Assembly (NCBI RefSeq): GCF_041146345.1
Contig: NW_027191409.1
Span: forward strand, 1,550,001 to 1,614,000
Reading direction: 5' to 3'
Source: Neodothiora populina
Taxonomy: Eukaryota
DNA: 64,000 nucleotides
A program made the translations under genes and the position numbers. Under the pieces are notes generated by a model. That model worked only from the letters and a program-made list of their open reading frames with translations. It ran no database searches and was not told the origin of the DNA. This document shows positions 49,487 through 58,968 of this stretch, piece after piece (the stretch's first letter is position 1; every line of letters starts with the position of its first letter).

Positions 49487-50060
49487 TCAATTCTTCCCAT
49501 CCTTGCTGTCCTCCTCGGTCTTCTTGTCTTCTGCTGATGCTGCTTCAGACTCTCCTGATTGAGAAGGCTGGGCGGGCTGGAAGATGTTGTTGCCTTAAAG
49601 GGTCCTATTAGTACGGTCATGGCTCGGGGAGAAGTGAGATGGGGTGATATGAGATTATATGGAGATGAAATGAGACAGGAAATTTGTATGAAAAAGCTTG
49701 CAGATGTGGTAAGGATTATATGACTGGAACGAATAGAAAGACGGCCGTGTCCAAGCAGACTTCGATACTGGTTTGATCACGAGGGTAGAGGGAGAGTCTC
49801 AGAGATCAAGTCAACGCCTTCGAACAGAGCGACTCGGCGCGCAGAAAACAGGATCCCCTCCTCTTCCAGTACACAGATACATACATAAAATCAAAAGAAC
49901 CTTGACACGACAAGCAAAGCAAAAGAGAAACAGGAAAATAGACAAGGCAGAACAACAGAAGAAAGAAAAAACAATGCATACAACTAGCACAATGCGCCCA
50001 CTTGCCATCAGCAGTGAGGTCCGCATTCGCGTCACAGAGGGGACACTTTGTCAATGCCAT
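49487..50060 (-). CDS. Candidate small spliced protein (~53 aa) via a GC-AG intron
   Basis: MALTKCPLCDANADLTAD|GNNIFQPAQ...DGKN* if the G|GCAAGT donor (50005) joins the acceptor at 49594, which has a TACTAAT branch point. Speculative. Confidence 0.3.
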
Positions 50061-51469
50061 ATTTGTCGTCTTTTCGGTTTTTTCTTATTTGGGTCATGTA
50101 GATGATTAGTTCGAGTTCCTGTTATGTTCATCTTCTCGGTCTTGTATATTTTGCACGTGGATATGGGAGTGGTTGATAAGTGGCAGTCATAACCACCGCT
50201 GAATCTCGGAAAGGAATAGATATTACTCAAAAGCAAAGACTTACACTTTCTCTCAGCGAGATACGGACTCCAGCGTCTTGGTCCTTGTTCACTGATAGAA
50301 TCTTTGTTATTACTTGCTAATTGCTCAGGTAAAGTGTTTATAGGTTTCGAGATCTGATGACGACAATCAATAGTGAATGATGGAGGCGTTCGGAACGTGA
50401 CACGCCAAGAGTATTGGTTCGCGTCTTCTGCTTCACCTTACACTTACCCATTAATCCTGAGACAGTCCTCGATATACAAATCACAGCAAGACTTTTTTTG
50501 TCTATTTGCATTATCTCACAGTCCATGTAGCATGACTGGTTCTTGCAAATGATATGCTTGATTGTTGAATGTAGTATAGACTCCCGTGAAGAAATAGGTG
50601 AGAGGTCTGGCAAGCCTTGAACCTTTTGAGTGTGTACACATCTGGTGCTTTGACTTGATTATACTGTCGTGAGATGTAAGATATGCAATTCGACCTGGGA
50701 GCAACACGGGTCTCGTCTTGGACTATATATTGCCCATGTGTCGTACAACTATGTCGCTTTATCGTCTTCAGTTGGACGGCTGATAGCTTCGTCGTTCATT
50801 GGCTCTACGTCTTGTGTACATTTGTGCATTGCTCAAAGGATATAGTACGAGGAACCCTGTCCGTCATGAAGTCATTGAATACTACACACACGAATCACGA
50901 CAGTATCAAGCAGAAGCGACGATCGACACAGGGGCACAGTATCATAAATCTCGTATTTTTGTGGGTTCCGTGAAGTGGCGATTGTACAAGTATCTGGCTC
51001 TGACCTCTTCGCGATCAGAGTCACGCCCCCTGTCCGATCTAGCTGTATCCTCGTTTCAATTCCCCCAGCGCTTCTTGCTTTTCCCTTACGCTATACTATG
51101 TTGACAAATACGCTATGCTGTTGGCTCTGGTATAGGACCAGTAATGTGATGTGGGAGGAAGAGCTAGAAAATTTTGAGAAGTTCGCATAAAAAGGAGCAA
51201 AAAAGTCATTTGACAGTATTAACAAGGAAAATAAAGGAAATGTAACGACCCGCCTGAAATGCCCAAAAGTAAAGTGAAAAGAGAAATAGCCGGAGCTACA
51301 TACCATGGGTGGTGTGTAAAATCAATACTCCTCGCCATGCATAGAGTGATCTGTATTCACCACATGGGCTAAGAGAACAGACGATCTCGAGACTTTTACA
51401 GCGCAAACAACCGGTCAACAGAAGACTCTGACAGGTCACTGATGAAAACTCGGACCGATCATACGGCAG

Positions 51470-53314
51470 TTAAAGTTGTCCATCAAAACTCCAGTACCTG
51501 CCAGCATCTACATTTCTCCACTGGCCACCAGACACCTTGTCCCAGCCCATAATGACACCGACGAGACGGCAAGCAGCGCTCGAGCTAGCGCACACGACAG
51601 CGTCCGCGCGGCTCAAGACACCGATATCGAGAAGGTAGCCACGGCCGACCAACTCTCGCAGGAACATGGCTTGCTTCATCATCTCTTTCTCTTCGTCGGT
51701 AGGATCAACGGTAGAGGGATGTCCACCGCCAAGACCGAAGAATAGAGCGCTGTAGAAGCCGCCTTCCCAGCCGCTGTTCTCGTCGACGTGCTTGGTGTAT
51801 GCGCCGTTACGGAGAGGAACAGCGGGTGGCAGTGTTTTCTTGCTTGCCAGGACGATACGTTCCTGCGCGCGAACAACTGAGACACTCTCTGGGAAAGTGT
51901 TACCTAAGTCGTCAGACAAATAGATGTCTGGATCATCCGAGGCAAGCAGTATCGAAGCTTGCTTATCATCGGAAAGGGTGAGATTAGGGTTCAGACGCGT
52001 GAGCATCTCCATGGCGGCAGTACTGAAACGCTCGAAGGGAAGGTAATCGTTGCTGAATTGAAGTTCGTAAGGGTGGAGGTCACCACGACGAATGTGCATG
52101 CCCACAACGGGAGTGCCGGACTCGGCAGACTCCTTGCGTAGATCAGACGTCTTGTGCTCCAGAAAATTGGCATCGTCGCCGATGAGCTTGAACAGATGCT
52201 CGTAACCAGTTCGGGCCATGTCGTAGATCTCACGGTTCTTGTTCATCCCACTCCTGCGCGGTCGGACAAATTCATCCTTGAACGCAGCCCCAAAAGTCCA
52301 GGGCATAGTAGCCGCCGAGGCAACAAGGTGGCGTGCAGTATGCGGGCAAGGAACGACCTGGTGAGCAGGTGGAGGAGAGCAAGATGGCTGCGGCGGCAGC
52401 TCGAAGAACGATGCATACTTTCCATATGGCCAGGCATTGTCGTTGATGAAGAACGCTCTGCCTTCTTTTTGGGCCAGTCCATAGGCCAACCACAAGGACA
52501 TGAGTGACTCGCCAAAGCCGGCTTTGTCGGTCTCCATGACAAATGTCAAAGACTTTTCGCAGATGGTAGTGGATTCGGTAATGTTGGTATCACTTCTACC
52601 CACGACAGAGACAGATTGGTGCCTTGTATCGGCAGGAAGCATTCCCATGTTCTCGGCGTCAGCAACGTCGACGAATGACTTGCTCGTTGAGTAATACTGC
52701 TTGCTGCTGTAACGGTCTCTGCGCATCACTCGCGATCGTGCCATCATCGCTGCCACGCTCTGGCCGACTTTCTCGCTTGCCTGGCAGACATTACGGTACT
52801 GGTGGGGTCGCAGAGGGAATTCCAAGGTGTGCGGGATAGAGACAGTCCATTTTGTCTCCCCCTTGTCATCCTGGAATATCAACGGGGTAGGGTCCTGCGG
52901 AATTGCAGCATCAGGACTGAAGAACAGTTTCTTATCCGGGGGAGGCACGGGTGATTCAGCGGCCGAAGAGAGTTCCAGCCAAGACGAGCAATGATAACAG
53001 AGGAAGAGCGAGACGGCAGCGACGACTACCAGTAATCGTTTCCAGCTCAGATGGCTCCGACATCTATCGAGGAAAGTCTGGTGTGATTCGCGAGCATGCT
53101 TTAGTAGCGGAGATGGCAACGGCTGGGCATTTGCTGTTGGATGAACCCAGAGAAAGCGACCCTTTTCGACATCATCATGTAAGGCATCGCCAGGGACAGG
53201 TACGGAAATAGTCGGAACTGTGGAAGATGTCGAGGACGTCGAGGTGAGAGAAGATATAGATAAGTTTGTGTTTCGTCGGTCGCGCATGTTGCCCGATTCA
53301 GGCACCGATGGCAT
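51470..53314 (-). CDS. Type II membrane glycosyltransferase-like protein with FUT8/NodZ (GT23)-like motifs
   Basis: TM segment LLVVVAAVSLFLCY; GFGESL...AFFINDNAWPY, VVGMHIRRGD, ILLASDDP and LDIGVLSRADAVVCASSSAACRL. First ATG at 53314 (53449 is a GTG). Confidence 0.7.
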   Translation of the reverse strand: MPSVPESGNMRDRRNTNLSISSLTSTSSTSSTVPTISVPVPGDALHDDVEKGRFLWVHPTANAQPLPSPLLKHARESHQTFLDRCRSHLSWKRLLVVVAAVSLFLCYHCSSWLELSSAAESPVPPPDKKLFFSPDAAIPQDPTPLIFQDDKGETKWTVSIPHTLEFPLRPHQYRNVCQASEKVGQSVAAMMARSRVMRRDRYSSKQYYSTSKSFVDVADAENMGMLPADTRHQSVSVVGRSDTNITESTTICEKSLTFVMETDKAGFGESLMSLWLAYGLAQKEGRAFFINDNAWPYGKYASFFELPPQPSCSPPPAHQVVPCPHTARHLVASAATMPWTFGAAFKDEFVRPRRSGMNKNREIYDMARTGYEHLFKLIGDDANFLEHKTSDLRKESAESGTPVVGMHIRRGDLHPYELQFSNDYLPFERFSTAAMEMLTRLNPNLTLSDDKQASILLASDDPDIYLSDDLGNTFPESVSVVRAQERIVLASKKTLPPAVPLRNGAYTKHVDENSGWEGGFYSALFFGLGGGHPSTVDPTDEEKEMMKQAMFLRELVGRGYLLDIGVLSRADAVVCASSSAACRLVGVIMGWDKVSGGQWRNVDAGRYWSFDGQL

Positions 53315-56290
53315 CAATTGTGGGGAGGAAGTCGTTGTGTTTGAGACACCCACGGTTTGATATTTGACTGCACAGTGATGAATCCAACGGCAACGGCGTT
53401 CAGGGTCGCAAGGCGTGAACGGGTTTGTCTCGACTCCCGATGCGAACACGTCTTCGCCAGATGCTGCGGTATTGTAAATATTATCGCACTTCTCCTATAT
53501 CTCCTTGCTAAAATGGGACAGAAAAGGTCAAGTGTGGCACTGTGTCCAAGTTAAAAACCGAACCCGCAGCCGGCTGCGTTGCACACGTAAAAGAAAGAAG
53601 AGAAGGGGGAATTATGGGCACAAAAAGAAGAGGAAATTGACTAATGGACGACAGTGGTCAAACGCAGGATAGAGAGTGTGGGTGGATCAAGGACCGGCCT
53701 TTCTTCAAACGCGCATGCAGAAACAGCAGCTTCCAGCCGGGAAAGGGTGCAGGATAGTGGTGTGAAGCTAGAGAGACGGAGGCACAAAAGGAAAAGGATG
53801 AGGCAGGGCAGGGAAGATGCATGAACGTTATGCACCCATGTCATCTTGCTCTTTGCCTGCCCCGTGCAGGAACACGCTTAGACCTACGATGTGCAGATTG
53901 ACAACAGCATGTCCATCTCTATCCAGTCAAGCGAATGCTTCTCTAACGATAGTTGCCCAAGAGAGAGAGTCTCATATATAACACGAGCATCTATAGTCTG
54001 TTTGCAAGGCTGTGTCAAGTTGCAATCTGGATAAACGACCGACGTTGAATGGTGGAGGTCTCTTTACCAGGATGCCACGCTAAACCTATTCTGCCTCAAG
54101 GCGCAACCTGAAACGCGAAAAGAACTTGGCCGAATCTACCTCGCTGCCCCTCCGGCCGCTGAATGACCCACTCGGCTTCGGTCAAAACTGCTTATTTCAT
54201 GACTCGAATCTCTGTACTGCCTTCTTTGGCGCCACTTCACTCATTCGAGAATCTTTAGGGAGAACATTGCCTTTGCTAATGTTCGACAATGGCCTGCTGC
54301 CCATTCCTGTATCAAAATATGTAGACATCTCCATCATGCTGAACCGGCTAATATAAGATGAACCAGCCTGCTTATGCGCTATATCCCGGGAATAGGCAAG
54401 ATCCATGTGCCGCCTGCAGCGAAAGATATCAGCAGGACCGGGATTGGACTCCTGCCAACACACTGCACCATGACGATTGCTGCTTTCTCCGCTGGCCATT
54501 CCAAGACCAAAGTACCTCACTAAGAAAAGGTATAGAGGGAATATCCGTCCTCTTCCTCGTATGAGTGGAGCTCGATTCTCTGCGAAAGTCCGCGGCCCAC
54601 ACTAGCTTGAAAAAAGATCCTCGGCAAGGACGACCTGGGAAAATGATCAGGAAGCGCTTACACAGTAGTACTGTACAGGATGTGGCCGACACTGATACCC
54701 ATGTGAGTTTCCGTCTTCATTGCGGTCAGAGCCAGAGCCTTTGCATATCTGGTCTCGTCCGAAGAACAGCACAGCTGAAACTTGTCCGAACTGGTGGCAG
54801 AGGATGTTCTACTGACGGTGGGCCTGGTCGTCGTGCAGACAGTGCCGTTTTTGCCAATCACGTAATACTTGTACCTATGGTCAAAGCATACCAGGCTGGG
54901 CAACACCTGGGCCTTTCTAATTTTATAGAGAGCTCGGCAGGAAATCACAATACGACTCTTTCACTCTACACCCCTGTCATATCCTCATCATTTACGCTTC
55001 CTACCTCCACCCGACACTCGGCTACTGATGTTGCTGACATTTCGCGATTGGCCGCGTGTCTGATCTTGACACCGAGCTCGTGAAATGCTCTTATTGCTAC
55101 GTTACCAATCCTTCCTCAACTCGGGTTTTGTACATGTGAAAGCTGCCGTGGCATGTGAAGAGGGTTATGAAGCACCGTGTACGCCACCTCACCTTATAAC
55201 GGCAGCCTTGTGTGCTTCTGTGTCTGAGGTACCTCGCGAACCTTGGAATTTCGGGTCGTACGTTATCGGGGCTGTGTTCACATGATGCACATAAAAATGT
55301 GCGCTCGGATGTGAAATGCCACGGAGGGAGGAGATTTGTGCATTTGTGCATCGGGTCGCGATTTTTGATATGCGAGCTTGGTGTGGCGTGAAGAATAACT
55401 TTGATCTCCTTGGAAACCATGAGGAATCGCGAGGTAGATGCGAACGCGAACGATTTCTCATTCGCAGTCTTATGTCGTCAGGGGATGTGAGACAGGGTAC
55501 AGAGTTCAGGCGAGAGACGAACAAGAGAAAGTTTACATGAAAGCGCTCAGAGCATGGTCGATCTCTGCTTACTGTCCCAAGCTGAGGAAATAAAGTAATG
55601 ATTGATCATGTGGTTGTCCAAAAGCACTTGCTTGTCTTGGTCTGTTACATGCGCTTCGAAACGGACAGCAAACCTTCAGACAACCGAGGCTGAGGTGCAT
55701 GTAAATCCGCGTGACGATCAATAACAGGATGGGGGATCAGGGAATCAGGGATCAGGGGAGGCATTGTGAGAGCGAGGGATGAGCGGCTGGCAGAGAGAAA
55801 GGGAAACCATTCAACGTCGCAGTGTCCACAAAGTCTTTTGTTCGTAAAAGTAGATTTCCTTTGCAGACAATCAACAGCTTCAGATGCTACACTAGCAAGG
55901 GGAAAAGGATTCGAAGCTGAGATCGAACGCTAAAAGGAAACCCCCCATCAAGTGGACTTTTCCTTCCACAGGTCCACCACACAGCTTCAACGAATCGACC
56001 GCAGGAAAAGGCCAATCCGCGACACAAACGCCCAGCATGAAACAGGAACCCGGTGATGAAACCCGCGTCGCGGGAAATCGCAAACAAGTTCATGCCAAAG
56101 TAAAGGGAGAATTGTTTGCTTTTTAATCGTGCTTTTTGCCATCTACTCCTCCTCCGCTCACATTAAACTCCATCTATCTCTGGCCTCCCTGGAAGAAAAA
56201 GTTCCACCACATAGGTAATGATATACGTAGTGGTTGTCGAAAGTGACGATAGCAGGATGGAGTGTTCGCCCGTGTGATTGGCGGAAGTGT

Positions 56291-57044
56291 TTATCTGAGG
56301 CGGCGGGCCTCACGCTCGGACTCGAGGAGGCAGAGAATGTCATCCTCACGGACTGTAGAGGATCGGGTTAGCAGACTACGACATGCTGATATGTATTTCG
56401 AGACATGTGCCAGCGCAGATGAGCCAAATGGTAGGATGGATGGATGGCACTGAAGTCGCTCATCGGGCAACCCCTTGCAGCGTCTGGCAGCTCCTCCTCG
56501 TGTCCTCATCTGCGCTATAGCCACATCTGCGAGATAAGAAGAATTGATGACATACCGGGACCCTTGACGTTACGGATGATGGAACGGGTAGTGTCGTCCA
56601 TGAACTCAACACGGACCTGAGTAACACCACCACGAGAACCTGTGTTGCGATGTCTGATTAGCCTCTGTGCCAGTACGTGCTGTTTCTGAAGTTTCGGGCT
56701 GTAAGGCAGCGCGCCGGCAGTATGTAATGGCACGATTGTCTCCCCATTTCCGTGCCTCCGCAGCCATCGTGACATGGGTCGGCGGTCCAGCATGTTCCAA
56801 CAATCATCAAGACACTTTTTCGCTTTTCCATCGTCGCATTTCTTTCCCCAGTAAGATTCCTCCTCTTTCATACTGCCGGGGCATCTGCATGTTCGCCTTC
56901 CATCCGCGGAAAGAGTGTGTAGGAGGTTGCGTGTTCCATAGAAGTGTTTTTTGGCTATTCTTTCTTTCTTTCTCGAGACATACCGGTACGGCCCAAGACG
57001 CGGGTGACCTTGACGAGCTTGACGGGGACCTTGGCAGACTCCAT
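56291..57044 (-). CDS. RPS28: 40S ribosomal protein S28 (eS28), 3 exons
   Basis: [68 protein letters not shown]. Confidence 0.97.
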
Positions 57045-57264
57045 TTTGACTTGATGTGATTTGACTTCGTAGAAGAAGAAGTTCTTTTCGTTTGGCGATG
57101 GAGGGGTGGAGGTGAAGTCGAGTGCTGCTGGTAGGGACGAACGACGACGGGCGGGACTGGCGACGCCTTCACAGATTTCGATGGATTGTGCATTTTCGCG
57201 AGACGCGAGTGCGTTCTTGGCGTTTTTGGTCGGCTGATTATCGGCTTTGTCCCTGTTCTGCTCC

Positions 57265-57272
57265 AGCCCTAA
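57265..57272 (+). promoter_or_regulatory. AGCCCTAA (TTAGGGCT) Tbf1-type ribosomal-protein promoter element upstream of RPS28
   Basis: Exact motif about 220 bp upstream of the RPS28 ATG; it matches the element known from fungal ribosomal protein promoters such as Candida Tbf1 sites. Confidence 0.5.
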
Positions 57273-58061
57273 CGACCCCAAGGCTTCGGAATCAAGGGCC
57301 CGACCCTCCCCTCATGTTGGCAATCTCGCCAAGGGTTACTCTTTGCCTTTAGACAAGTCCATACAGACAAGCCCTCAATTACCAGACGGCAGTTATTACA
57401 GTGGCGCGCATGCCTCAACCCATCTTTCTTCCTTTCTAAAAGGCCTCGACGAGTCTCTTGACTCTACCATCAGATCATCCCGACGACGTTTTCGACAGGT
57501 GATCATCCCATGGCAAGTCATTGACAGGGTATATTACATTACATACAAGGAAGAGCATGCCACCAGCAGTTCCACCGGCTACAGTATCCAGGCCGTCGGG
57601 CTTTGTTTCAGTCTCGGAGGTCGAGTCCGTCCATATGTGCGCATCTAGGCTCTCACAGTCTCCCGTTTCACATCTTGTTCGTTCTGGACATCCCGACAGG
57701 TGCTGCATCTTACAACGTGTAATAACCATGTTATTCAATTGTTCTTCTGGATCTGTCCAGAGCAAGCCATTTGACGCGCTCCGGACTAGTCTCCCCCATA
57801 CTTTATGGACTGACGGTCCATGCATCAAGGTACAGTACAGTAGTACAGTACAATTGCTATACAGCTCGGTATCTTGTATCCACGTCGCACGAATCGCCGT
57901 ACCATCTCTTGTACGACCACAATGATACCATCGTGCAGCGCACATCACATACCTAGTTTCACGGCTTGTTTTTCGTCATGGAGTCTGGGCTGGGATGGGC
58001 CCGACCCATGGCCCGACCTTGTTCTCCCCTATCATGTACTGTAAATATGCACCACAATGGC

Positions 58062-58120
58062 TGGCTTGGTGGCTAGATGGCTCGGTGGCTAGATGGCTCG
58101 GTGGCTTGATGGCTTGATGG
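58062..58120. repeat. Degenerate 8-bp tandem repeat (TGGCTNGR)x7
   Basis: tggcttgg tggctaga tggctcgg tggctaga tggctcgg tggcttga tggcttga tgg. Confidence 0.9.
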
Positions 58121-58968
58121 GTCTGCGCAATGTGCCCCTCCACACCTGGGACATGCCACCAGGTCTGAGGTTTGATTGTCTGACTCTGTGGGCGCCTCAC
58201 GCAGACCAGTGGTGTTGTTCGAGGCGCGCAGTGTTGTATGCATGTACGTTGCAACCTGTGAACGGCATTTTAGATCTTAGGGACAAACAGCTACTGGTCC
58301 ACGAATGAACGCGGCAGAAAGTGATGCATGTGGAAAACTTTAGATCGCGACAACCTGGTTGCTCATACTACAGTGTACAGCTTCTGACATGAGCCGGAAG
58401 ACGGCAGGAGTCCTCGGATGGTTTCATGGAGTTGGTCTGTCATCTAGAGCATGGGCTCGCATGGCGTGGTCGTCATGTTGTAGTCCTGGCGTTTCTAGAC
58501 GACGGGCCAGAAGGCCTATGGGTCTAGACCTTCATCCCATCAACAAGACTCTGCGAGGGGCGGCTTGATCAGAGCATGACAAGAATTGGGTCACATGTAT
58601 TACAGAAGTTATAGTGATGATAATGGTGATTTTGAATATTCAACACCGGATCTTGTCAAGGTAGATCGATGCATCCCTTGTATTCTCGGGACACACTGGT
58701 ATCTCGTCTCCCCCGACTTATTACAGATTGGTATAAGGTCGCGATCCTCTATAATATCCCATCATAAGCGTGAATCATTGACGTAAAGGTCAACGAGAGA
58801 GCCCGGCCGCGCGAGCCTCTCGCTTTACATACGACCAGGCGTGCCGTCCCTTCCATTCCAGCCCCCATAAGCGACGTATCCTCAAGCATGTCAGTACTCG
58901 ATGCCCGAACGCCTCGCTACCGTCCAATCAAACCAGGATTTCAACCTTTCACAACCTCGTAGATCGAA

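Noticed and set aside
53600..55800. Short ORFs such as 54197-54520 and 54565-55083 as genes
   Set aside because: No motifs, coding bias or consistent splice structure; treated as intergenic.
56641..56983. Box C/D snoRNA in RPS28 intron 1
   Set aside because: A TGATGA is present on the minus strand, but I saw no downstream CTGA box D in the intron.
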